Assembly (NCBI GenBank): GCA_012270885.1 | Contig: JAAXHN010000013.1 | Span: 1,432-65,431 of the forward strand | Direction of reading: 5' to 3' | DNA from: Acidimicrobiia bacterium | Lineage (GTDB): Bacteria; Actinomycetota; Acidimicrobiia; Spongiisociales; ZC4RG35 | DNA: 64,000 nt | Part shown: positions 18,437 through 27,065 of the stretch, piece after piece | How positions within the stretch are numbered: position 1 is the first letter of the stretch | Layout: each line of letters begins with the position of its first letter | Made by a program: the position numbers and the translations under genes | Notes under the pieces: model-generated | The model's database searches: none | Seen by the model: the letters and a program-made list of their open reading frames with translations, nothing else | Told to the model about the DNA's origin: nothing

Positions 18437-19318
18437 TCAGGGTAAAGGCTGGGCATCATAATTGCGGACAAAAAGCTCGCTACCCTTATCTCGACCTCCC
18501 CGGAAACCGTCCTGCTTTTTCAGTCCATTGCGTTGGTCGTCTGTACGATTGATCGTGTAGTTCCACTCCTGACCCTCTATCGAGGAGGCCCATCCGTACA
18601 GACTCCGAATGTCCGGGTGGTCGTCATAAGTGAGGAGAAACAGCAACCGGTTCCCATTGCGCTTTAGGCACTCTGCTAAGCGCTCATGATCGTCATGCTC
18701 AAAGACAGCATTGTAGAACTTTTCCTGGTCAGCTGCATAATAAGGGGGGTCAACAAACACGAAGCACCCATCGGGAAGCGCGTCAATGACCTCTTCAAAG
18801 TCGCAAGCGGACAGAACGACGCCTTGCAGCTTGTCTGACACGGTACGTAGATGTGGGGGCCAGTTCTCGGGTATCATCGAATACTTCCGCCCAAAACCCC
18901 AATAGCAGTTCTCCGGTCGCATGATCCCACTGTAAGACGTCCGGTTCAAATAGAACCATCGAAATGCTTTTTCCAAGTCGGTGCCGGGCGTGTAGTGATT
19001 CTTGTAGTACGTGTGGTTGGCTTTGGTGGCTTCCACTCCATCAAGAAGGCCAATCAGCCCTTCTACATCATCCCGGATCTGTTCTAAGGTGTTGATCACA
19101 CCGGTATCAAGGTCGTTCAGAATCGATGTTCCATCAGAAGTCGGCTTCGCAAAGAAGACACTGGCACCGCCAGCGAACGGTTCACAATAGTCATCATGGG
19201 GTGGTATCTCCCGCAGAATGAGACTGCGTGCATAGAACTTGCCGCCGGGATACCGGAAAGGGGAGTTGGACCTATTTGAACGCGGCAGTCCCACATTTGC
19301 TAAGGTCACTTCGTCCAC
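18437..19318 (-). CDS. Dam-family (D12 class, alpha) N6-adenine DNA methyltransferase
   Basis: FRYPGGK near the N-terminus, SAM motif EPFAGGASVF, catalytic DPPY at 18740-18751 (VFVDPPYY). Confidence 0.85.
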   Translation of the reverse strand: MDEVTLANVGLPRSNRSNSPFRYPGGKFYARSLILREIPPHDDYCEPFAGGASVFFAKPTSDGTSILNDLDTGVINTLEQIRDDVEGLIGLLDGVEATKANHTYYKNHYTPGTDLEKAFRWFYLNRTSYSGIMRPENCYWGFGRKYSMIPENWPPHLRTVSDKLQGVVLSACDFEEVIDALPDGCFVFVDPPYYAADQEKFYNAVFEHDDHERLAECLKRNGNRLLFLLTYDDHPDIRSLYGWASSIEGQEWNYTINRTDDQRNGLKKQDGFRGGRDKGSELFVRNYDAQPLP

Positions 19319-19925
19319 CCGGCACCATCGGCTTTCAGAAAACGGGACTGAAACCGTCCACCAATCGGCCGGAAAGCTAAAGCGGTCTCCTGAAATATGG
19401 CCATCGGGTCACGGGCGTTGGGTCCGAAAAAGTGAAGCTTCAGCATTTGCCCAAACAGCCCGTGCTTCCGCAATGCCTGACACCTAACGTAATGTGCCCA
19501 CTATTCTGCGGTATGACGCTCGTGGCTGACATGCTCTCCTAAGCACTTTCCGTCAACAATTACCCTAACGCTCAAGAGTGACAGAACGCTGACAATGTTA
19601 ACGATCGTCCCAGTTTGCCACCCTCTAGTTTTGCATTGACGCATCTCTTGTGGCATCGAAGACGCAGCCTTCACACAAGACGTTCGCGCCGAAGAGCGGG
19701 TAGAGCCCAATGAGAACCAGACGCCAGGAGCGGAATCGGCATGTCGGACCAGGGGTCGCGCGATCCGAAGCGCCGACTGCGATGCTCAGAGCGGCTTTGC
19801 CACCCCCTAAACAAGACCCCGGCCGGGCCATTCGTCGGCTGTTAACAGATACCCTGTCACGCTCGTCCGCAGCACCCACCCGGAGTGAAAACCATTGGTA
19901 TTCCTCGATCCTGGCGGTGGGTCGG

Positions 19926-19998
19926 TGGGGCCGGTGGGAATCGAACCCACGACCTCCGGGTTAAAAGCCCGTTGCTCTGCCAATTGAGCTACAGCCCC
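19926..19998 (-). tRNA. tRNA-Lys (anticodon UUU)
   Basis: Folded by hand on the reverse complement. Acceptor GGGGCUG/CGGCCCC, D-arm UAGCUCAAUUGGCAGAGC, anticodon loop CUUUUAA, T-arm GUGGG-UUCGAUU-CCCAC, discriminator A. CCA is not encoded (ACCG). Confidence 0.9.
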
Positions 19999-20102
19999 GC
20001 CCCACAGGATACGACGTGGAGCGGAGCTATTCCACTCGAATTGGCTTGAGTAGTTCAATCCCGCGTTGGGTCTCACGGCTAGGGTCGTAGAATTTCTCTG
20101 CG

Positions 20103-20558
20103 ATGTCCAAGCCCGGCGTCTCGCCCTTCTCACTGGCTGAGAAGGCCCGGTTGGTGCTAGTTCTCTTGGTGTTGGCGGGTTCGGTCTCGGCTGCATGCTG
20201 GGAGTCGGACGACGTTACGTGTCCGGAGGGGAGTGAGGCATTCGTTCGGTACGAACTGTTCATGGGACGGAGCGGCCCGGGAGGCGAGGTGGTAACCGAG
20301 CAGGCGTGGGACGCCTTTCTCGGGGACACCGTAACTCCCCGTTTTCCCGATGGCCTGACAATCCTCGACGCCCAGGGCCAGTGGCGGAACTCGGAGGGGG
20401 AGATTCTGAAAGAACGCTCCAAGGTGCTGGTGATCCTCGCTCCCCCCGGGGATGAGCTGAGAGGACTGATCGACGAAGTCTCCGACGAATACAAGCGGCG
20501 TTTCAACCAGGAGTCGGTGCTCGAGGTCGAAAGCGATGCCTGCGTCTCGTTCTCGTGA
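20103..20558 (+). CDS. DUF3574-family lipoprotein
   Basis: Signal/lipobox-like LVLAGSVSAAC. The core YELFMGRSGPGGEVVTEQAWDAFLGDTVTPRFPDGLTILDAQGQWRNSEGEILKERSKVL matches the DUF3574 pattern. Confidence 0.7.
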   Translation: MSKPGVSPFSLAEKARLVLVLLVLAGSVSAACWESDDVTCPEGSEAFVRYELFMGRSGPGGEVVTEQAWDAFLGDTVTPRFPDGLTILDAQGQWRNSEGEILKERSKVLVILAPPGDELRGLIDEVSDEYKRRFNQESVLEVESDACVSFS

Positions 20559-20695
20559 CACCGGCCGCCGCAGGCCTGAGACTGGCTTCCCGCTAACACG
20601 CCACCTCCCATGTGTCCGAGTTTCCCTTCTCTCCCGGCAGGGGTCTGATTAATATTCGGTTTCAGCCCTAGACAAACGATACGCGGTGATTCCGG

Positions 20696-21145
20696 ATGCC
20701 CATGAGATTTGTCAAGCGCCTCTTATTCGACCTTCTGGCCCTTCTCCACCACCCTTGGATTCTGGCGGTCCGTCCTCTACTGAAGACGCGGCGTTTCGGA
20801 GTCATCACCACAGCGTTCTTGGGATTCGCCGTGGTGGCGGGACTCCTGCACTCCCTGTTCGAAGGTACCCATCCTGCTGAAGGACTGTGGTGGGCCCTGG
20901 TGACCCTCACAACCGTGGGGTACGGCGATGTCGGCTCGGTAACAACTGGTGGCCGCATAACTGGCGCACTGCTAATGCTGACAGGCATCGGAGCTCTGGC
21001 TTTCATCACTGCCAACATCGCCGCCTTCTTCGTTGAGAGTGACTCCACAAAGGAACTCCAGAGCGAACTTGTTGCTATTAACGAACGACTCGACCGCATT
21101 GAGGAAGCCTTGGCCGACCGGGGGCCGTCTGGCACCAAGGACTAA
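20696..21145 (+). CDS. Two-TM potassium channel family protein (no RCK/TrkA domain)
   Basis: Selectivity filter TLTTVGYGD flanked by two TM helices, with a short helical C-terminus. Confidence 0.85.
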   Translation: MPMRFVKRLLFDLLALLHHPWILAVRPLLKTRRFGVITTAFLGFAVVAGLLHSLFEGTHPAEGLWWALVTLTTVGYGDVGSVTTGGRITGALLMLTGIGALAFITANIAAFFVESDSTKELQSELVAINERLDRIEEALADRGPSGTKD

Positions 21146-21153
21146 CCCAGGCG

Positions 21154-22302
21154 TTATACCTTGGTGAGAACCTCACGGGGATTGTCCACGAAGATCCGGT
21201 GGATCAACTCCTCGGGGAAGCCCTTGTAGCGCATCAGGTTCCTGACCGTCTCGGGGAGGTGGCGCCAGCCGTGGCCGCCGTAGCGTCTCAGCCAGTGCTT
21301 CAGGGCGATGTCGGAGGAGACCAGCACCCGGTCGGGGTATCCGGCGTCGGCCACGGTCTTCAGCCAGTTGAGACGGATCGCGTCGTTGGGCTGATCGACC
21401 GGTGATCGCTGGCGGAACGACCCTTCCCAGCCGAAGGTGTCGAACGCCAGGTAGACGCCGGTCTTGGCCAACTCGAGGAGCGGCCCGCTGTCGAAGACGT
21501 TGGTGCCCGCCGAGGTATTGAACCGGCTGTCGCAGTGGTCGATGACGGTGCGGCTCAGGTCCCCCCCTGCCTCGTCGACCACCCTGACTATGTCGAAGGG
21601 CGATGCCGGATTGAAGCCGGGGTGCACCGACAGCGCCACTCCGGTGGCCACCGCAGCCTTGGCCGAGGCGCGCAGTGACTTCTCCTCGTTGGGGTGCATG
21701 GGGTGGTCCATTCCCACCTCTCCGATGATTCCGGCCTTCACTCCCCCGGCCACCCCCACCTCGATGTCCTGAACCATCAACTCCACCAGTTGTTCCTCGG
21801 ACAGTTCGTCCATGTCGTCGGGGTGATAGTCGGCCAGGTACCAACCGGTGGCCATGACGACGTTCACCCCGGTGGCCCGGGAGATTTCCACCAGGCCGAG
21901 GGGGTCGCGGCCCATCCCCCGGGTGGTCTGATCTACGATGGTGGAGCCTCCCACCCGCCGGAACTGGTCGAACTCGTAGATGGCGTCGTCGATGGAGTCG
22001 AGTTTCTGGTCGCCGTAGTAGACCCAGTGCTTTTGGCGGTCGTTGAGGTTCTCCAGGGTGACCGGCTGTCCCCACTTGGCGCCCCAGGTGGCCGCCGTCC
22101 CGGGACCCTCCTGGCCCGGTTCCCAGCCCGCCTCGGCCCGGCGCATGATCGGCACGTACTTCTTGGCGCCGGTCTTGTACTGCGCGACGCCGGTGATGCC
22201 CTTGGTGAGGTCCAAGAGCACGTGCTCGTGGATGAGGGAGACACCTGCCTCCTCCGGAGCGATGGGTCCGAGGACCGTCTGGATGTATCCGCCCTCGGCC
22301 AT
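21154..22302 (-). CDS. Phosphotriesterase-family (amidohydrolase) protein
   Basis: MAEGGYIQTVLGPI...GVSLIHEHVLLD (HxH metal motif). PTE-like length. The start at 22302 shares 1 nt with the upstream stop (TGATG). The longer track ORF (to 22401) was rejected. Confidence 0.75.
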   Translation of the reverse strand: MAEGGYIQTVLGPIAPEEAGVSLIHEHVLLDLTKGITGVAQYKTGAKKYVPIMRRAEAGWEPGQEGPGTAATWGAKWGQPVTLENLNDRQKHWVYYGDQKLDSIDDAIYEFDQFRRVGGSTIVDQTTRGMGRDPLGLVEISRATGVNVVMATGWYLADYHPDDMDELSEEQLVELMVQDIEVGVAGGVKAGIIGEVGMDHPMHPNEEKSLRASAKAAVATGVALSVHPGFNPASPFDIVRVVDEAGGDLSRTVIDHCDSRFNTSAGTNVFDSGPLLELAKTGVYLAFDTFGWEGSFRQRSPVDQPNDAIRLNWLKTVADAGYPDRVLVSSDIALKHWLRRYGGHGWRHLPETVRNLMRYKGFPEELIHRIFVDNPREVLTKV

Positions 22303-23246
22303 CAGAGCACCGCCACCGGGGTGACCAGCGATCCGGTGCCCTTGGGGAGGTTGAGCGGGCCCACCGTCAGCAAGAAGGTGTCCTGGCCGGTATCGGCGCA
22401 TGCCGCCCCTAGGGCCTCGAGGTCCATGTTGTGAATGAGCGGCAGCCCGTAGAACACCTCCGCCAATACGTGAACCGGGCTGCGGCAGTAGGCCTCGTGG
22501 CGATGCGGGAAGGTGTCGCCCGGCGAGTCGGTGGCCACCAGGCTGACGTCGCGGGAGGCCAGCACGTCGATACAGTCGGTGTCGAGGCCGGCCCAGGTCC
22601 CGTGGTGCCAGGTACCGTGCTCGCTGAGTTCGGTGGCCGCCAGGCCGACCCTGATGGTCCCGCCGATCCGGATCACTACCGCATCGCCAGGCTCTATCCG
22701 GTCCAGGGCGTACTCGAACTCTTCGGGCATCACCGAGTCACCGGGTTCCAGGGCGTCGACACCGCGGCGGCGGGCGATGTCGATGAACACCGCACGGGTC
22801 GCTACGGCCGCCATGGGGGTGATGTCCATCTCGGGGTTTTTCACCCCCTCGGACATGGTCACGACGTCGGGGAAGTAGTAGCCGTTGAAAGTCCAGCCCC
22901 GGTAACCCATGTGAGCCAGCGCGTCGATATGGGTGTGGGTCATCCCGTGGATCCGGGTGGAGAGACGGTCGGAGGAGGACTGGGTGAGGTCGCCCTCCTC
23001 GTATCCCCCCTCGTCGGCCTTGATGATCTCGTGCACCACGAACGGGTCCGTGTAACGCTGATGGGTCTCCTTCAGATCGAGCGGTCGGGAGAGGGGGAAG
23101 GTCTTACCGCTCCGAACCGCAGCGGCGCCCCGGAGGGCCGCTTCGGAATCGAGCAGGTTGAGAGTGCCCAGGTCGTTGGGCCAGCGGTTCCAGTTGCCGG
23201 AGTGTCCGGGCCACTGGTCGGAGGGCCATTCCTTCATGACGTCCAT
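22302..23246 (-). CDS. Putative cyclase / kynurenine-formamidase-like family protein
   Basis: GMTHTHIDALAH resembles the HxGTHxDxPxH motif of PF04199 cyclases. Confidence 0.65.
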   Translation of the reverse strand: MDVMKEWPSDQWPGHSGNWNRWPNDLGTLNLLDSEAALRGAAAVRSGKTFPLSRPLDLKETHQRYTDPFVVHEIIKADEGGYEEGDLTQSSSDRLSTRIHGMTHTHIDALAHMGYRGWTFNGYYFPDVVTMSEGVKNPEMDITPMAAVATRAVFIDIARRRGVDALEPGDSVMPEEFEYALDRIEPGDAVVIRIGGTIRVGLAATELSEHGTWHHGTWAGLDTDCIDVLASRDVSLVATDSPGDTFPHRHEAYCRSPVHVLAEVFYGLPLIHNMDLEALGAACADTGQDTFLLTVGPLNLPKGTGSLVTPVAVL

Positions 23247-23262
23247 TGGGTTTCATCACCTC

Positions 23263-23910
23263 CTAGGGGGCAGCGGTGAGGGGCTCTCCCTCGAAAGACT
23301 CTTTCCGGGCGAAGCTCTCCACGGGGTTGCGGGAGAGCCGGGTGGCTCTCCACTCCGGATAGCCGACGGTCATGACGGCCGCCAAGCCGTAGCCGTGGGG
23401 GACCGACATCGTATCCGCCCACTCCGCTTCGGCGGGGATCGCCAGGGCGGTGATTCGGGATCCCACCCCCCGGGCCGACAGGGCGAGTTGCAGATTCTGT
23501 ACAAACGGATATATGGATCCACCTCCCACGAAGCTCACCCGGTCCAGGTTGCGATCGGTGAGGGCGAATGATCCCAGTTCCGCCCACACGAACAGATGGA
23601 CCGGCGCCTGGTGCATGTTGGCGTGGTAGTCGGTCCCCTCCTGCAGCTTTCGGGCCTGGTCGGCGGTTATCTCCTCGGGAGAGGGGTACCACTTGGCGGT
23701 GTAGGCCCGCCACTCCCGGGAACTGATCTCGCTGACCTGCCTTCGGAGGTCGAGATCCCTAACCACCACCACCCGCCACGGCTGACGGTTGCCGCCGCTC
23801 GGAGCGAACCGGGCGTCGTCCAGGGCGGCGTAGATCACCTCGTCGGGAACGTCTCGGGGCAAATAGAACCGCACTCCCGACATGGTGCGCATCACTTCTG
23901 ACAAATCCAT
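23263..23910 (-). CDS. Nitroreductase family protein
   Basis: RFAPSGGNRQPWRVVVV motif. Start taken at MDLSEVMRTMSGVRFY; the track start at 23970 is possible. Confidence 0.75.
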   Translation of the reverse strand: MDLSEVMRTMSGVRFYLPRDVPDEVIYAALDDARFAPSGGNRQPWRVVVVRDLDLRRQVSEISSREWRAYTAKWYPSPEEITADQARKLQEGTDYHANMHQAPVHLFVWAELGSFALTDRNLDRVSFVGGGSIYPFVQNLQLALSARGVGSRITALAIPAEAEWADTMSVPHGYGLAAVMTVGYPEWRATRLSRNPVESFARKESFEGEPLTAAP

Positions 23911-23994
23911 CTTGCTTTTCCCGGATAGGCTGGCCCGGTTTGACACTAAGAGACTATCACTAACCACCACGGCGCCCGGCGTGGGCTGTCCTGC

Positions 23995-24783
23995 TCAGGA
24001 GGCAGTCGCTCCGGCTGGTATCACCATGGGAGCGCCAGTCACCGGGTCGGGCATCACCATGGCTTCTATGCCGAATACCGCGGCCACCATCTCGGCGGTG
24101 ATCACCTCATCGGGCGTCCCCGCCGAGACCACACGACCGTCCCGCATCGCCACCAGGTGATGCGCGTAGCGGCACGCCAGATTCAGGTCATGGAGGACTA
24201 TGACGATGGTGCGCTTCCACTCCCGATTCAGCCCGGACACCATGTCCAGCACCTCTATCTGGTGGGCGATGTCCAAGAAGGTGGTGGGTTCATCCAAGAG
24301 CAGCAACTCGGTCTGCTGGGCGAGGATCATGGCGATCCACACCCGCTGACGCTGACCGCCCGAGAGTTCATCCACCATCCGGTTGGCGAGGTGGGCGATA
24401 CCTGTGGCGGCCATGGCCTCCCCGACGGCGGTCTCATCTCGATCCGACCACTGCCGAAAAAGGCTCTGATAGGGTGTGCGACCCCGGGACACCAGATCGA
24501 CCACCCGGATCCCGCCGGGAGCCACCGGGCTCTGGGGCAAGAGCCCCAAGCAGCGCGCCACCTCCCGTGTGGGGAATTCTTGAATGCTCTCTCCGTCCAA
24601 CAACACCGTTCCCCTCTGGGGCCGGAGTATCCGGGCCATGGCCCGGAGCAAGGTCGACTTCCCGCATGCGTTCGGCCCGACGATGGCGGTGATCCGTCCA
24701 TCCGGAACCGTGAGGCTGAGGTCTTCCACCACCACCCGTTGGTCATAGGACAGGTCCACCCCTCTGGCTTCCAGCCTGCTCAC
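23995..24783 (-). CDS. Iron-siderophore ABC transporter ATP-binding protein
   Basis: GPNACGKST, LSGGQRQRVWIA, LLLDEPTTFLD. GTG start at 24783 is preceded by AAAGGAG at about 8-nt spacing. The track ATG at 24837 would overlap the permease. Confidence 0.9.
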   Translation of the reverse strand: MSRLEARGVDLSYDQRVVVEDLSLTVPDGRITAIVGPNACGKSTLLRAMARILRPQRGTVLLDGESIQEFPTREVARCLGLLPQSPVAPGGIRVVDLVSRGRTPYQSLFRQWSDRDETAVGEAMAATGIAHLANRMVDELSGGQRQRVWIAMILAQQTELLLLDEPTTFLDIAHQIEVLDMVSGLNREWKRTIVIVLHDLNLACRYAHHLVAMRDGRVVSAGTPDEVITAEMVAAVFGIEAMVMPDPVTGAPMVIPAGATAS

Positions 24784-24826
24784 CTTCCATCTCCTTTCGA
24801 TGGCGAGTACCGGTCCGGTCGGCCGT

Positions 24827-25902
24827 TCACAGGTCACCGACGCGGGTCTGGCGCACCAACAACCACAGTAGGTACGGGGCGCCCAGCATTGCGGTGAACA
24901 CTCCCACCGGCAATTCGACTGGAGCCAGCAACCGGCGACCGGCCAGATCTGCGGCCACCACCAGGAGGGCCCCCACCAGGGCTGCGGGAACGAGCCCCGC
25001 TCCGGAGGTACGGACCAGACGGCGGGCGATAGGTCCTGCCATGAGCGCCACGAACGAGATCGGCCCGGCGCCGGCCACTGCCAGGGCGGCCAGGGCCACC
25101 CCTATCGACACCAGGGCGAGCTTCAGCCGATTGACCGAGATTCCCAAGGCCACGGCCACGTCGTCGCCCAGGGAAAGGACATTCAGGCGATCCTCCAGGG
25201 CGACAGTCAGGGGCCCCAGCACCGCCAGGGACAGTGCGACGATGGCCACGTTCTCCCAGGTGCGACCGCTCAGGGATCCGGTTAGCCACACCGCCACCCG
25301 GGCCAGTTCCGTGACCTCGGAGCGGATGACCAGGTACTCCACCCCCGCCCGGACCAGGAATCCCATCCCGATCCCGATCAGCACCAACCGGTAGATCCTG
25401 ACCCCCCGCTTCCAGGCCAGCGGTACACGGCCGCCGCGGTCGCCATCCCTCCGATCACCGCTCCCAGGGCCATCCTCAGCGTGGATCCGGGCCAGAGCGC
25501 AAGGGTGAAAACGGCCCCGAGCGCCGCTCCTGGAGTGAATCCGATCACATCGGGAGAAGCGAGCGGATTGCGGGCCAGCGATTGGAAGATCGCCCCCGAA
25601 ATCCCGAGCGATGCGCCCACCAGCACGCCGGTTATCACCCGGGGGAGGCGCAATGTTCCGATGATGAAGTCGGCGTCCTGGCCGCCGTCACCCCGGAGAT
25701 ACCTGGTGACTTCGTCGAGGGGGATGGGGAAGTCACCCACACTGACCGACCAGAGGGAGACGAAGACCGTAGCTGATCCCAAAAGGACGCAAACCGTGAC
25801 TCCCCTCCCCGAGAGCCACATCCGTCTGCCACGGCGGCGGACCCGCGGCGGGGAACCGGAACCGGCGGAGACCGAGGGCTTCCTGGATACTCTCCTCGTC
25901 AC
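24827..25902 (-). pseudogene. FecCD-family permease interrupted by a frameshift (near 25390-25440)
   Basis: The N-terminal half (25378..25902) and C-terminal half (24827..25387) of one FecCD permease lie in different frames. The reading ...AAAVYR / LAWKRGVRIYRLVLIGIGMG... is restored by a 1-nt change near 25420. Confidence 0.7.
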
Positions 25903-27014
25903 AGTTGCGCCATCCGGACCCGCCGGACCACCGCCACGAACACCGCTCCCCCGATGGCGGCCGTTGTTATACCCACCTGCACCTCTGCGGGGCGGGCGAT
26001 GACCCGGCCGATCGTGTCACACACCAGCAGCAACGTGGGCCCCAGCAGGGCGCAGGCCGGGATAAGCCACCGCTGGTCGGCGCCCGACATCACCCGGGCG
26101 GCATGGGGCACCACCAATCCCACGAATCCGATCGGCCCGCAGGCGGCCACTGCCGCCCCACACAGCAAGGTCACCGCCACCACCGACACCAGACGCACCG
26201 TCCGGAGTCCGATGCCCAGGGACCGCGCCACCTCCTCCCCCAGCGCTAGGGCGTTCAATGAGCGGGACAGGCCGAGGGCAAGCAGCATCCCCACGGCCAG
26301 GAAGGGGAGGATCTGGAAGGCCACTTCGCCGTCCAGGCCCGACAGCGACCCCACCGCCCAGAACCTGAAGCGATCCAGCACCGCCTGGTCCAGCAGCGTG
26401 ACCGAGGCGGTGAGCGACCCCAACAGGGCCGCCAGCGCCACACCCGCCAGGACCAACCTCACCGGGTTGCCGCCGCCCCTCCCCATCGAGCCCAGGGCCA
26501 GGACCAGTCCGGTGGCCACGCCCGCCCCTCCGAACGCAAACCAGACCAGGCCCAACAGGCTTTCCAGTCCCAGGGCCCAGATGGCCAGCACCACTGCAAA
26601 GGAGGCCCCGGCGTTCACCCCCAGAAGACCCGGATCGGCGAGGGGATTGCGGGTCACACCCTGCATCAGCGCTCCCGCCACCGCCAGGGCGGCGCCTACT
26701 CCCACCCCTACCACCGTGCGCCACAGCCGCAGTTCCCTGACTATCAGATGGTCGGTGGCCGAGGGATCGAAGGACCAGAAGGCGTCCAGCACCGTGGAGA
26801 CCGGGATGGGTTTTGCCCCGGTGGCCAGCGAAGCCACAACGGCTACCCCGAGTGCGGCGGCCGTGATCGCCAAGCCCATCACCTGCCTGCTCCTTGGCTC
26901 CGCCCTGACTTCAACCATCGAGGGGTCCCCACCTGGGACGGCATTCCTCATCGACTTTTCCATCCGGTGGGGAAGACGCCCAGCCCCTGTCCGACGGGCG
27001 CCTTCCCACCACAT
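25899..27014 (-). CDS. FecCD-family iron-siderophore ABC permease
   Basis: Polytopic, FecCD-like throughout. GTGA overlap with the downstream permease at 25899-25902. The true start is probably internal (for example MVEVRAEP..., 26918). Confidence 0.85.
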   Translation of the reverse strand: MWWEGARRTGAGRLPHRMEKSMRNAVPGGDPSMVEVRAEPRSRQVMGLAITAAALGVAVVASLATGAKPIPVSTVLDAFWSFDPSATDHLIVRELRLWRTVVGVGVGAALAVAGALMQGVTRNPLADPGLLGVNAGASFAVVLAIWALGLESLLGLVWFAFGGAGVATGLVLALGSMGRGGGNPVRLVLAGVALAALLGSLTASVTLLDQAVLDRFRFWAVGSLSGLDGEVAFQILPFLAVGMLLALGLSRSLNALALGEEVARSLGIGLRTVRLVSVVAVTLLCGAAVAACGPIGFVGLVVPHAARVMSGADQRWLIPACALLGPTLLLVCDTIGRVIARPAEVQVGITTAAIGGAVFVAVVRRVRMAQL

Positions 27015-27065
27015 TGCTTCTCAGGACTTCAGCCCCGGCCGCGGGTGCCCGAGCCGGAGCTCTGG

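Larger units (their letters stand above)
9660..19925. other. Lower-G+C accessory island abutting the 3' end of tRNA-Lys
   Basis: Compositional drop visible by eye relative to flanks. IS remnants lie at the left part, a tRNA gene at the right border, and the content is defence-type genes. No integrase gene is present. Confidence 0.6.

Noticed and set aside
19319-19925. Small ORFs between the MTase gene and the tRNA (19501..19710, 19625..19879, 19710..19964), considered as integrase or regulator remnants.
   Set aside because: No recognisable integrase or HTH motifs. The ORFs overlap one another and the tRNA.
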